IMG/VR virus record: IMGVR_UViG_3300044701_002789
Span: 186,001 to 250,000 of that record
DNA: 64,000 nucleotides
Strand: one strand, 5' to 3'
Under the pieces are notes generated by a model. It was not told the DNA's origin and made no database searches. It was given only the letters and a program-made list of their open reading frames with translations. Position 1 is the stretch's first letter; each line of letters starts with the position of its first letter. Both the position numbers and the translations under genes were made by a program. Below are positions 44,901 to 54,432 of the stretch, one piece after another.

Positions 44901-45943
44901 TCTTTATATACTACTTGATTTGCAGAACCAGCAACAGGACCTGTTGTTCCTTGAATTCCTTGAGTACCTTGAGATCCTGTGGTTCCTTGAATTCCTTGAG
45001 TACCTTGAGATCCTGTGGTTCCTTGAGATCCTGTGGTTCCTTGGATTCCTTGAGTTCCTTGAGATCCTGTGGTTCCCTGGATACCTTGAGTTCCTTGAGA
45101 TCCTGTGGTTCCTTGACGACCTTGAATACCTTGAGATCCTGTGGTTCCTTGACGACCTTGAATACCTTGAGATCCTGTGGTTCCTTGAATACCTTGTGTT
45201 CCTTGAGATCCTGTGGTTCCCTGAGAACCTGTGGTTCCCTGAATACCTTGAGTTCCTTGAGAACCTGTGGTTCCCTGAATACCTTGAGTTCCTTGAGATC
45301 CTGTGGTTCCCTGGATACCTTGAGTTCCTTGAGATCCTGTGGTTCCCTGGATACCTTGAGTACCTTGAGTACCTTGAGTACCTTGAGATCCTGTAGTTCC
45401 TTGAGATCCTGTGGTTCCTTGAATACCTTGTGTTCCTTGAGATCCTGTGGTTCCTTGAGAACCTGTGGTTCCCTGAATACCTTGAGTTCCTTGAGATCCT
45501 GTGGTTCCTTGAATACCTTGAGTACCTTGAGTACCTTGAGAACCTGTGGTTCCTTGACGACCTTGAATACCTTGAGAACCTGTGGTTCCCTGGATACCTT
45601 GAGTACCTTGAGTACCTTGAGATCCTGTAGTTCCTTGGATTCCTTGAGTACCTTGTGATCCTGTGGTTCCTTGAACTCCTTGCAATGCAGCAGTTGATAT
45701 TGATTCCCACTTAATACCAGAACCAGTGGATAATAGAACTGATGTTGCAGCACCCACTTGATCAAAACTATCATAAATTCCACCACGAATTCTTACATCT
45801 CCCGCAACATCTAATTCTTGTGTTGCATTCGTGGTTCCAATACCAACCTTACCAGTAACCTCAAGTACTATTTGATTTTCAGTATAAGAAGTAATACCGA
45901 TTCTGAGATTTCTTTGACGATTACTAATATATCCTTTAGGCAT
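41948..45943 (-). CDS. long collagen-like tail fibre with C-terminal peptidase S74 intramolecular chaperone
   Basis: Three G-X-Y blocks; VGIGTTN fibre motifs; SLSD..QKENI...IGVIAQE.E.VLPEVV...VSYGNIVAVLIEAIKE. Confidence 0.9.
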   Translation of the reverse strand: MPKGYISNRQRNLRIGITSYTENQIVLEVTGKVGIGTTNATQELDVAGDVRIRGGIYDSFDQVGAATSVLLSTGSGIKWESISTAALQGVQGTTGSQGTQGIQGTTGSQGTQGTQGIQGTTGSQGIQGRQGTTGSQGTQGTQGIQGTTGSQGTQGIQGTTGSQGTTGSQGTQGIQGTTGSQGTTGSQGTQGTQGTQGIQGTTGSQGTQGIQGTTGSQGTQGIQGTTGSQGTQGIQGTTGSQGTTGSQGTQGIQGTTGSQGIQGRQGTTGSQGIQGRQGTTGSQGTQGIQGTTGSQGTQGIQGTTGSQGTTGSQGTQGIQGTTGSQGTQGIQGTTGPVAGSANQVVYKDGSNNPTGSPNLTFDGTSLYVNQINGPTELIIDPTTIGDNTGLVRIKGDLYVDGTTTQVNSTTIELADYQIGVASTIGTNILLDGAGIGIGSTNIRKTITWDNTNSALKFSDNVNLEVGKVYEIGGTEVLSSTTLGTGVTISNIRSANPGLINDRTQTAAASNDFILFYDVTDGQLKKDTIQSAALQGVQGIQGTTGSQGTQGIQGTTGSQGTQGIQGTTGSQGIQGRQGTTGSQGTQGIQGTTGSQGTQGIQGTTGSQGTQGIQGTTGSQGTTGSQGTQGIQGTQGIQGTTGSQGIQGRQGTTGSQGTQGIQGTTGSQGTTGSQGTQGIQGTTGSQGTTGSQGTQGIQGTQGIQGTTGSQGTTGSQGTQGIQGTTGSQGTQGIQGTTGSQGTQGIQGTTGSQGTQGIQGTTGSQGIQGRQGTTGSQGTQGIQGTTGSQGTQGIQGTTGSQGTTGSQGTQGIQGTTGSQGTQGIQGTTGSQGTQGIQGITGPVAGSANQIVYKDASNNPTGSTSLTYSGPSSGIGTVGIGTIIDIIHYDTLNSGTLSFEASAGQLFSITNNLTSGSIFSVNDVSGIPSIDVDANGTIQLAPFDGNIGLGTTNPSQKLDIVGNIRIRNGLYDSNNQVGTAGSILISTGIGVSWSSGGTQGIQGLQGTTGSQGTQGIQGTTGSQGTQGIQGTTGSQGTQGIQGRQGTTGSQGTQGIQGTTGSQGTQGIQGTTGSQGTQGIQGTTGSQGTQGIQGTTGSQGIQGRQGITGSGSQGTQGITGSQGIQGIQGTQGITGSGSQGTQGITGSQGTQGIQGRQGTTGSQGTQGIQGTTGIQGTQGTSIQGIQGTSGGSGSITNETASSNIFFPTFSDVATGTPTATYASDNKLEFQPSTGTLYATVFTSLSDQTQKENIRPIENAVELVKRIDGVYYDWIDGHNKSSIGVIAQEIEKVLPEVVTTNAKGLKTVSYGNIVAVLIEAIKEQQIRIEELEDKINA
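42395..45680. repeat. three blocks of 9-bp-period collagen-coding repeats
   Basis: About 42395-42970, 43435-44345 and 44940-45680; units ccttgagtt/ccttgaata/cctgtggtt/ccttgagat. Confidence 0.95.
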
Positions 45944-45952
45944 TGTTCTTAA

Positions 45953-46282
45953 TTAGTTGAGGGTTTCTAAAATACTTGCGATAAATTTCAAGTTGGTCCC
46001 ATTACTACCCGATAGAACTAATCTATCACCACTTTCTAATACTAACTTTCCCGGAAGAAGATTTGCAGTATCATTACCAGAAATTGGAAATTGTTTCAAT
46101 ATTTCCGTATCAGTAGAACTTCTACGATGCGTAAAAGATATATCTTGAGAAGTTGACCCAATATTCGTGACTTGCGCAAGAAGAACTACTCCAGTATAAC
46201 CAACTGGTGCAGTATAAATTGAAGTTGTTGCGACACCAACAACTGCAGTGACTGTTTTAAAAACATTAAGTGCTAACGCCAT
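45953..46282 (-). CDS. small virion structural protein
   Basis: Beta-rich 109-aa ORF inside the fibre operon. Confidence 0.65.
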   Translation of the reverse strand: MALALNVFKTVTAVVGVATTSIYTAPVGYTGVVLLAQVTNIGSTSQDISFTHRRSSTDTEILKQFPISGNDTANLLPGKLVLESGDRLVLSGSNGTNLKFIASILETLN

Positions 46283-46286
46283 CTTA

Positions 46287-48644
46287 TTAATCTCCTCCTA
46301 ATGCAAGAATGAATGGGGTTACTGTTGAGAACAAACTCTTTGAATAAAATGTTCCACTAATGGTTCCAGTTTGTTGATTGATTACAACACCATCACCAAT
46401 TCGGAAGTTACCAGATTGGTCTGTGGTTGTAAAAACAACAATACCTCCATTATTTGTGACTGTTTCATTTTCCTGAATTGGAACACCACCAGCAGCAGGA
46501 AGTGCAGTTGCAATATTTGTTCCAGAACCAATATATTCAAGTGAATGTCCTGATGCTAATACACGACTTTGTTTAAAGAAAGGAACCTCCATTCCCGCAG
46601 TGACTGCATAAGGAACATTATCAGTAAAGGTAATCGTACAAATACCTGCAGAAACTGGAGTACATTTTTCAATGATATAATAAGTTGGGATCATATTTAC
46701 ACTTCCAGTTGCAGTATTAATTCCTACATCTGGTGTGTTGAATGTAACTCTTGGAGTTGTTGTATATCCTCTTCCGTTTGAAATCATTTCAACAGAAACT
46801 ACAGAACCGTTTTTAACCTCTGCAACTGCAGTTGCTGGAATTCCCCAAGGTGTTTCTGGGTCTTCTATAGTAAGTTCTGCAGTTCCCGTATATCCAGTTC
46901 CACCAGAACCAACCGTAACTCCACCAATACTATAATAAAGTTTATCAAAATAAACTACCTGACCATCAAAAGGTCTGATGATATTAATTTTTGCGGTTCC
47001 GCCTGAATCATAAGTATGGGAAAGTGTAGATACTCCCACATAAACACTGAATGTTGTACTTGCAGCAGATACTGTGGGAAGTGCATTTCCGCCATTAATA
47101 TTTCCAGCATCCAAACGAGTTGTAATAATTCCTACAAGATTATCAATAAAGGATTGAACATCCGCACAAGAATTTACACTTGTATTTGAACCAGTTGCAG
47201 GGTCGGGTGCAATTGTTAAGTCCTTATTGGTTAGATTATTTGTAATTGCAAGTTTCATCAAATCTCTTGCAGATGTAAACCCTACAATTGTTTGTGGAAC
47301 TTCCCCATCTACACCATTTGTAAGTATAGTTCCATCTATCTTAAAATATGCTTTGGTTGCTTCTAAAGTATTTCTTGATGTGAAATCTCGTACATCAAGA
47401 GATACTGCATCCACAATAAATCCTAAGTCTCTTTTACATTTATCGGGACTTGGATTTGAGAACGAAGGATATGCAATTCCAATGGCATCATATGCATCAT
47501 CAATGATTTCTTGACGATTTGCTTGAATAAGATTATAAGAATCTACATATCTTCCGGGCGCAACAGTGACCGTTTCAAATATATACCCTTTATTCCCGGA
47601 TGGGTAAGTTACAATTCCTGGACCAGAAGAACAAGTAAATGCAAGTCCTGCAAGTGAAATTCCCATTCCCACTGAAAAATTATGTGCAGAATTCGTAGTT
47701 GCAGTAAGAATTCCAGTTACATTATCATATTTTGCAGAAGTGATATTTAAAGTTGGAGTATTTAAATCAACAACAAATTCAAATGCATTTGGTTCTTCGG
47801 TACTTGTAATAATTCCAGTGTATTTTCTTGGTCCAACTCCATCAGCAACCAATCCAAAATTACCAAATGAAGAGTTTGAGTTTGTTAAATCACACGCAGC
47901 ACCACTACCGCAGAAGATTGCAGTATCATTACAGATTGTAAAAATTGAAACTAACTGTGCGTATCCTTCATTGGTAATGGAAACTCCAATACCACCTTGA
48001 TTGTATTGAGTATAACTATCAACAACCATTGACTTTAATGGTCCAATTGCCTTGGAACCATCAATTTTCATTCCAATACTATTTGGAATAAAATTGGTGC
48101 AGTTCTGCACATAAGGTGATTGATTGAAGTATCCAATTTGATTTGGATTAAATGCAAAAATTGCCTTACCTGAATTTAAAGTTCCAGTGTAAGACATCTC
48201 CGCAATATAGTTTCCATTTGAAACATAAAACAAGTCCTGATTTGCATTTAATGGTTGAACAGATACCTCTCTTAAACTATCTCCAACAATTGAAACTTGT
48301 TCTGGAATAACTAATGGATTGTTTTCTAAATAAGATCCAGCACTAACTTTAATAACTGTTCCTGTTGTTGCTGCTGTGAGTGCTGCTCCGATTGTTGCCT
48401 TTGCGTCTCCAAGTTTTTTTCCGGTGTTGTTGTTGCTTCCGTCTTTTGTGACATATAGGATATTAGTAACTGTTGCTCCGGCACCAATTCTTATAATATC
48501 GGTGCCTATTCCTACTCTTTCTCTGCGGGCAAAGAGTTCTGCGTCGTATGTATTAAGACCAAGTTCCCCTAACGGTAATTGTTCTATTGATGGTATCTTG
48601 CCGGGAACCGCCGACCTTTTAATTCTTATATTTGGATTACTCAT
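46287..48644 (-). CDS. tail fibre/spike protein with beta-helix-like region
   Basis: IKRSAVPGKIP N-terminus, YVTKDGSNNN.G, SIVGDSLR, SPYVQNCT. Confidence 0.75.
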   Translation of the reverse strand: MSNPNIRIKRSAVPGKIPSIEQLPLGELGLNTYDAELFARRERVGIGTDIIRIGAGATVTNILYVTKDGSNNNTGKKLGDAKATIGAALTAATTGTVIKVSAGSYLENNPLVIPEQVSIVGDSLREVSVQPLNANQDLFYVSNGNYIAEMSYTGTLNSGKAIFAFNPNQIGYFNQSPYVQNCTNFIPNSIGMKIDGSKAIGPLKSMVVDSYTQYNQGGIGVSITNEGYAQLVSIFTICNDTAIFCGSGAACDLTNSNSSFGNFGLVADGVGPRKYTGIITSTEEPNAFEFVVDLNTPTLNITSAKYDNVTGILTATTNSAHNFSVGMGISLAGLAFTCSSGPGIVTYPSGNKGYIFETVTVAPGRYVDSYNLIQANRQEIIDDAYDAIGIAYPSFSNPSPDKCKRDLGFIVDAVSLDVRDFTSRNTLEATKAYFKIDGTILTNGVDGEVPQTIVGFTSARDLMKLAITNNLTNKDLTIAPDPATGSNTSVNSCADVQSFIDNLVGIITTRLDAGNINGGNALPTVSAASTTFSVYVGVSTLSHTYDSGGTAKINIIRPFDGQVVYFDKLYYSIGGVTVGSGGTGYTGTAELTIEDPETPWGIPATAVAEVKNGSVVSVEMISNGRGYTTTPRVTFNTPDVGINTATGSVNMIPTYYIIEKCTPVSAGICTITFTDNVPYAVTAGMEVPFFKQSRVLASGHSLEYIGSGTNIATALPAAGGVPIQENETVTNNGGIVVFTTTDQSGNFRIGDGVVINQQTGTISGTFYSKSLFSTVTPFILALGGD

Positions 48645-48696
48645 TTAATTAAGAATGGTATTTACCGCAGAACTCCTTATATAAGAAGTTATTAGT

Positions 48697-48704
48697 TATT
48701 TATA
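48697..48704 (-). promoter_or_regulatory. late promoter
   Basis: TATAAATA. Confidence 0.75.
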
Positions 48705-48736
48705 GTTTTTTATAATCCAAAATGAGATTGAATTTA

Positions 48737-51586
48737 TTATGCCTGTGCCTCAGACCAAGAAATTCTTGCATTGATAGTAGTTGCAGCAGCACCTACATTT
48801 CTTGCTGCCACAATAATTAAATCTGGACCATCTGGATATATATTGCTAACAGTAGTTGGTGCAGTTAATGTTGTTCCTCCTCCCAATATACCATTACCCA
48901 AATCTCTAACTAGATTCAATTCTCTGACAATAATACCATTGTTAACAAAAAAGGAATACACAGTTTCGCCACCTGTAATAGTTGTTCCCGCTGCATGAAC
49001 ACATATTTGGGAAAGAGATGATCCACCGGCTGCTGCATATGTTCCTGCAGAAACACGTCCATTTAGTATTAAACTGATTAGAAAATTTCCACCAGAAAGA
49101 ATTCCAACCTCACGAAGAGTTAATTGCATTCGGTTAATGAGTTCCCTCGCACCAAGAGTTCCAGTAAGTCCAGAATCAACACTAGGAGCAAGACGAAGAG
49201 AAAGAAGTGCATTAGTAGCCCCAGCATTCACAGATAATGCAGTAACCATACCTGAAGTAAATACAAAAGATCTATCATCATCATATCTACCATCCATAAT
49301 AATTGATGAACCCCAGTGACCAACATTTAATGCAGTTTGTGGGGAATGCAATTCTACTGAAATTGGAGCAGTTGCGGAAAAAGTAAATGTTCCTCCGCCA
49401 GCAGTTGAAGTTCCTCCACCTCCAGTTAATCCACCAGGACCAGTTAAAGATGTTACTGCTCTAGTTAGTCCAGTAAATGATGTGGTGGTTTTTCCAGTAT
49501 AATTTACATATTCAACAACAGCACCAGTATTTCCAGCAGCACGAATACACAAAGTTCCAGAAGATGGAAATTCACTTGTACTAGCAACGTTCACTGTAGT
49601 TGCAGCATTTGCTAAAGTTGATGTTATATAGGTAATTGGTGGAATTGTATTACATTCATATCTTGCTGGCAAATTACCAGATCTCATATATGCTTCAGTT
49701 CTATAGTTCGCATTAGGAATTCTATGCGCATGAATCACTTCACCTCTTTGATTTTTAAAACCGTAACGAATTGCACCAGCACCATACCAGGAATAATCAA
49801 TATAAATCATCTGCATCTTAGTAAGATCGAGATTGAATCCCGAAGGACCAGTTCCATCACACTTATCAATATTCCATTCAGATTGTGGTACTCTTTGTTG
49901 TGTTCTTTTTGTAACAATAACTGCACCACTAGAAATTGTAGTTCCTCTATATTCTGGAGAAACAATCATTTGAGTATCACTTGTAATAGAAAGAACAAGA
50001 TATGACATTCCACGAATGGTAACATAATCACCGGGTTTCAATTGAGATGAGAAGAAAGTCTGAAAGTTTCCACTCGCATTTCCTGTAATCACAGGAGAAC
50101 CATTTGTAACAGAAACTCCTCCAGAGATTTGATCTGTGCTCGATCTTCTTACTGCATATAAAGTTTGTCCATCATATTCATAGAAAAATCCATTTTGTTC
50201 ATCAAACATTCCAATTCTAATTCTAGATCCATACCAATTTCCTGGTGAAATAGTAATCGGAAATCCAGTTGCCGGAGAAGATGAAGGAGTACTCAATGCA
50301 GTATATGTGAATGTCAAATCTGTTGGTACAGTTGCAACTGTAAAAGTGCCATTATATGCAGTCTGATCTGCACCAGAAACAATTACAGTTGCACCTGGAC
50401 CCAAATTATGTGGGAATTTTGTTCTTACGGTTACTGTAGTTCCAGATGATGTAACTGCGTCAACTTGCAATGCTGCCTTTAAATTAGTTCCAGTACTAAA
50501 CTGAATACCTTTACCGGATTGATAACGAAAATATCTTCTTGTCTGTCTTATTAATTGATTTCCATGATATGGGCTTCCTGCTGAGAAATTAACACCACCA
50601 TCAAAAGGTCTATGAATGGATGAAGTATAAGGTCTTGCATAGAGATTTTGTGACCCTCCATTTGCAGTAATTGTACCAGTTGGTGCTATGTCAACATCAA
50701 AAGTAAATGTATTTGATGTTGGAACTGTCTTTACAAAAAATGCTCCATTTGGAGGATTGCCAGCTGCGGTTGTGTTTCTTACAAAAATACCATCACCCAC
50801 CGTTAATCCATGAGCATTTGTTGTAGTGCAAGTAACTGTAGTTCCACTATTAGTAAATGCAGCACCTGCAGTAGCACTTACTGTAATTTGAGATCCAGTA
50901 AAGAAACTTCCACCAAATACATAAGTTTTTGATGCATCAAAGATCTGTCCATTAAATACGTTTGCTCGTGCGACATAAGTAAATGATGACGCTGAACTTG
51001 TTTCGGTTAACTGCCATCCATTTGCAATTGGATCTTCTGTATCCTGGACAAAAATAGGTACACCAACACCAGGGTTTGTTGTTGAGGTTACAGTAACAGT
51101 TCTAGTACCATTTCCTGTTATATTAGTAACATTATAGGGTAAAACTGGATCATAAAATACTGATGGCCTATTGTTAAGTAGTGTAGTAGTTTCCCATTTT
51201 GTTTGTTGAGTACCATATTCAAAGTCAGTATCAATTAATGCCTGTGGCGTAGACACACGCATCTTACCAACGGGATCCATCAGTTCTTCAGATGGTTCTA
51301 TTTTCTGTGCAGGATCATCTACAATAATCTGTAGTTTATCACCTGAACTCATTCCTGTGGTACTGTAATTTAATACTACCGTTGTTGTATCTGTAGTTCC
51401 ATTTATTGTATATGAGGTTGCTCTTAAATTTGAATCTGCAAAATTATAAATTACTACATTCGTTGTTACATTTGTAATTAATATTAATCTTTCTCTAGGT
51501 ATTGCTCTAGGTAAGACAACATTACCTATACCACTTTCTCCAGGTGTAAATGTATATCCACTTTCCAATATTACTTTTCTTGCCAT
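48737..51586 (-). CDS. large virion structural protein
   Basis: Thr/Gly-rich beta protein; repeated T.SGTTVT..T...H.L motifs; late promoter. Confidence 0.75.
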   Translation of the reverse strand: MARKVILESGYTFTPGESGIGNVVLPRAIPRERLILITNVTTNVVIYNFADSNLRATSYTINGTTDTTTVVLNYSTTGMSSGDKLQIIVDDPAQKIEPSEELMDPVGKMRVSTPQALIDTDFEYGTQQTKWETTTLLNNRPSVFYDPVLPYNVTNITGNGTRTVTVTSTTNPGVGVPIFVQDTEDPIANGWQLTETSSASSFTYVARANVFNGQIFDASKTYVFGGSFFTGSQITVSATAGAAFTNSGTTVTCTTTNAHGLTVGDGIFVRNTTAAGNPPNGAFFVKTVPTSNTFTFDVDIAPTGTITANGGSQNLYARPYTSSIHRPFDGGVNFSAGSPYHGNQLIRQTRRYFRYQSGKGIQFSTGTNLKAALQVDAVTSSGTTVTVRTKFPHNLGPGATVIVSGADQTAYNGTFTVATVPTDLTFTYTALSTPSSSPATGFPITISPGNWYGSRIRIGMFDEQNGFFYEYDGQTLYAVRRSSTDQISGGVSVTNGSPVITGNASGNFQTFFSSQLKPGDYVTIRGMSYLVLSITSDTQMIVSPEYRGTTISSGAVIVTKRTQQRVPQSEWNIDKCDGTGPSGFNLDLTKMQMIYIDYSWYGAGAIRYGFKNQRGEVIHAHRIPNANYRTEAYMRSGNLPARYECNTIPPITYITSTLANAATTVNVASTSEFPSSGTLCIRAAGNTGAVVEYVNYTGKTTTSFTGLTRAVTSLTGPGGLTGGGGTSTAGGGTFTFSATAPISVELHSPQTALNVGHWGSSIIMDGRYDDDRSFVFTSGMVTALSVNAGATNALLSLRLAPSVDSGLTGTLGARELINRMQLTLREVGILSGGNFLISLILNGRVSAGTYAAAGGSSLSQICVHAAGTTITGGETVYSFFVNNGIIVRELNLVRDLGNGILGGGTTLTAPTTVSNIYPDGPDLIIVAARNVGAAATTINARISWSEAQA

Positions 51587-51615
51587 AATTTTGGTAATTT
51601 TTTATTAGTTATTAA

Positions 51616-51623
51616 TATTTATA
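51616..51623 (-). promoter_or_regulatory. late promoter
   Basis: TATAAATA. Confidence 0.75.
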
Positions 51624-52377
51624 AATTAAATCTACCTTTACTTGAGTTGTAATTTATAATTATTTCTTCAGTAGTAAGTGATCTATTATAAATCGATAAA
51701 AAAGCAAGAGACATAGGCATTTCATAACCAAAAAACCTTTGCCAAGATGCAATTCTTCCACTTCCATTATTAAAATTTCTATTTGAACTATTTTCTGTAC
51801 CCTGTTGTTGAGATAAAGTTTGTTCTACTGTATTAATATACATTTTATTATTTGTATAAGAAACATCACTTCTCATTTCAAAAACATAATGTTTCCAATT
51901 ATTCACAAGACCTAAAGAAGATACAGTTCCTGAAGATATTCCATAGAGATCATTATTTGATGTATTAAATCCAAATGATCCATTTCCTCCCCAAATAGTA
52001 TAAGAACCAAATCCAAACAAGGTATTATTTGTATAATTTGATCCAATATTTGCCCAAATTTCAATCGTAGTAGTAGTGTTTAAATTTGATACAGTAATAT
52101 CTAAATAATTTCCTATTCCATTAAAAGTTATGATTCCTCCATTTGAGGAACTATATGATGGTAAAGATGTTGATGGTGAATTTGGAATAATATAATCGGC
52201 AACTTCTAAATCATAAACTTTATAAAAAGTATCCTTTACGGATAGTTCAGTATTTGTTTGATTGATTGGATTTGTAACAGTTGTTCCAGAACCAGAATAC
52301 GATTTTGTATTCCCAATATCTATTACTAATCCAAAATTACTTGATCCTGAATTTTTTGGTCCAGCATAAGCACCCAC
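51619..52377 (-). CDS. LamG/concanavalin-A-like lectin domain protein
   Basis: KSYSGSGTT, FNGIGNY, WKHYV, KMYIN, IYNRSLT.EEI. Confidence 0.75.
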   Translation of the reverse strand: MGAYAGPKNSGSSNFGLVIDIGNTKSYSGSGTTVTNPINQTNTELSVKDTFYKVYDLEVADYIIPNSPSTSLPSYSSSNGGIITFNGIGNYLDITVSNLNTTTTIEIWANIGSNYTNNTLFGFGSYTIWGGNGSFGFNTSNNDLYGISSGTVSSLGLVNNWKHYVFEMRSDVSYTNNKMYINTVEQTLSQQQGTENSSNRNFNNGSGRIASWQRFFGYEMPMSLAFLSIYNRSLTTEEIIINYNSSKGRFNL

Positions 52378-52378
52378 C

Positions 52379-52633
52379 TTACTCTTCCTCCATCGGTGAA
52401 GACCATTCGGAAGTACTCAAAATACTCAACATTTCTTCATAAGTATAATAACCAACAATAGATGTGAGTGCTTGTACTGATGGTGGTGGAGTTTCTCCGT
52501 CCCATTTTACAAAAGTCAAATCACCCGATGTAGAAACTCTTACAGTCTCTGCAGAAGTTTCCAGGACTTCTTCAAAGTTGATTTGGTTGAGTTCTGATGT
52601 TGCAAAGATTGCGAACTGTCTGTTTTCGTACAT
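52379..52633 (-). CDS. small structural/hypothetical protein
   Basis: 84-aa ORF with a late promoter. Confidence 0.7.
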   Translation of the reverse strand: MYENRQFAIFATSELNQINFEEVLETSAETVRVSTSGDLTFVKWDGETPPPSVQALTSIVGYYTYEEMLSILSTSEWSSPMEEE

Positions 52634-52645
52634 AGTTTTTTTAGT

Positions 52646-52652
52646 TATTTAT
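52646..52652 (-). promoter_or_regulatory. late promoter
   Basis: ATAAATA 13 nt upstream of the 52633 start. Confidence 0.6.
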
Positions 52653-53437
52653 TAGAAGTATCTGGATTTAGTTGCATTAAAGTTTTGTTGGATTTCTGAT
52701 GCTGTGAGGACACGGTTATATATAGAATAGGATGCAATATTGAGATTTGTTTTCGCAAGCTCTCCTGAAATTACATCTAGATTTGTGCTAATTCTAGAGG
52801 TATTTTGAAAATTTATTGGATAAAGACTATCTGACCAATTTTGAGATCCAATTGAGATACCATTAACATAAACGGTGATAGTGTGGGTTATTCCAGAAAA
52901 TTCATGAACCATGTCTGCTCTATACCATTGTTCCGGTTCTAGAGTTGCTTCCGCATTTTCAAAAGAAATAGATCCATACCCCTGCGTTACTCCTGGTGTT
53001 CCATTTAAATTTCTAACTCCGCATCTAAGAGTAGCCCTTGTCCAAAATCCGTCTACACCATCTAAGTACGCCAAATTGATTCCATATGATGGATTATATG
53101 AACCTTTCTGTAAAAGTCCGCATATTCGCGGACCCCTAGGAGGGAAAGGTAAGTTGTATCTAAATGTGACCGAAAAGGTGAAAGAAGAACTATTTCCTAT
53201 GTTGTTAACAGGTGTTAAGTTGGTTGTGAACTGTATTGAGTCATCAGCATTATCCAATACAATATTTTCCGGACCAGAACTACTATAGGTTGGACCATTT
53301 ACAAGAGACGCATTAATGTTATTACCACTCAAATCAGTCCAAGTGGTTCCACTACCAGGATAAGATTTTGGATTTGCTGCGTCAAGACACAAAACCAATC
53401 CATCAGTAACCACCCGACTATTGTATGCTACTCCCAT
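52652..53437 (-). CDS. LamG/concanavalin-A-like lectin domain protein
   Basis: CLDAANPKSYPGSGTTWTDLSG, QWY, VYVNG, IYNRVLTASEIQQNF. Confidence 0.8.
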   Translation of the reverse strand: MGVAYNSRVVTDGLVLCLDAANPKSYPGSGTTWTDLSGNNINASLVNGPTYSSSGPENIVLDNADDSIQFTTNLTPVNNIGNSSSFTFSVTFRYNLPFPPRGPRICGLLQKGSYNPSYGINLAYLDGVDGFWTRATLRCGVRNLNGTPGVTQGYGSISFENAEATLEPEQWYRADMVHEFSGITHTITVYVNGISIGSQNWSDSLYPINFQNTSRISTNLDVISGELAKTNLNIASYSIYNRVLTASEIQQNFNATKSRYF

Positions 53438-53463
53438 ATTCTCTCAGTGCCTCTTCGTTTTTG

Positions 53464-53470
53464 TATTTAG
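53464..53470 (-). promoter_or_regulatory. late promoter
   Basis: CTAAATA. Confidence 0.6.
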
Positions 53471-53471
53471 G

Positions 53472-54194
53472 TTATTGGTAACGGGACTTGAGTGCATTGT
53501 AGTTTTGTTGGATTTCTGATGCGGTGAGTGCTCTGTTGTATATGGATACTTGTGCGATGTTTCCTTTAAGTAATCTATCAGTATTTGATATCTCCCCCCT
53601 ACCAATTATCCATCTTGCACTTGTTCCACTTACGGGAGTTCTAAAGTTTCCAGTAAAAGAAACTTGATTACTCAAAGTACCATTAATATAAATTGATGCA
53701 GTTGAACCATTATAAGTTCCAACTAAATTGTAATAAGTGGATTCTAAGGTAGTTGTAATACCGGAGACAAATGTTACAATACCAGATGTATTAACTAATT
53801 CAAAATGAGGAAAACTATCAGAAAAACCATTTATACATAATCTAATTGGTTCATTATTATTAACATTAATTTGGTCTTCCCACATTACAAGATTTTGAAA
53901 AGATATTCCAATACCAGTCGTTCTCCCCCAACAAGAAACTGTTACCTGTGAAGTTCCTGCAAAATATAATCCATTGGTTGATGGTACAGTTACATAGTCA
54001 TTAGTTGCATCAAAACTCAAAGAACCTAAATTACCACTACTATAAGTAGGTCCATTCACAAGAGTTCCATTGTTCCCACGACCACTCAAATCAGTCCAAG
54101 TGGTTCCACTACCAGGATAAGACTTTGGATTTGCTGCGTCTAAACAAAGGACTAAATTTTGAAGCACTATCTGCGGACTGTGAGACAAAGACAT
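53472..54194 (-). CDS. LamG/concanavalin-A-like lectin domain protein
   Basis: CLDAANPKSYPGSGTTWTDLSG, YYNLVGTYNGS..SIYING, IYNRALTASEIQQNY. Confidence 0.85.
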   Translation of the reverse strand: MSLSHSPQIVLQNLVLCLDAANPKSYPGSGTTWTDLSGRGNNGTLVNGPTYSSGNLGSLSFDATNDYVTVPSTNGLYFAGTSQVTVSCWGRTTGIGISFQNLVMWEDQINVNNNEPIRLCINGFSDSFPHFELVNTSGIVTFVSGITTTLESTYYNLVGTYNGSTASIYINGTLSNQVSFTGNFRTPVSGTSARWIIGRGEISNTDRLLKGNIAQVSIYNRALTASEIQQNYNALKSRYQ

Positions 54195-54403
54195 TATTCA
54201 AACTCTCCTTCTACCTTTGTGCCTCTTTTGGGTTTTTTGAGTTTTTCAATTTCTTCATTAAGTTCTATTACTTTCTTATTCAATGCCTCAATAAGTTGAT
54301 TTGAATTCATTAGTCGTGCTTCTAATGCAATCGTTTGTGCAGTTAAATCACTTACTCTTTGTTGATATACTGTAAGAAGATTTTTAATTTCTTGTTCGTT
54401 CAT
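54194..54403 (-). CDS. small coiled-coil protein
   Basis: Heptad pattern. Confidence 0.7.
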   Translation of the reverse strand: MNEQEIKNLLTVYQQRVSDLTAQTIALEARLMNSNQLIEALNKKVIELNEEIEKLKKPKRGTKVEGEFE

Positions 54404-54423
54404 TTCAATTCATTCTACTGTCT

Positions 54424-54430
54424 TATTTAG
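54424..54430 (-). promoter_or_regulatory. late promoter
   Basis: CTAAATA. Confidence 0.6.
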
Positions 54431-54432
54431 AA

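Noticed and set aside
42378-45786. Long alternative-frame and antisense ORFs (EFLEILWF, KEPQDLK, RNHRISRY, SLRSCGS repeats)
   Set aside because: Stop-free shadows of the 9-bp collagen repeat; no RBS or promoter support
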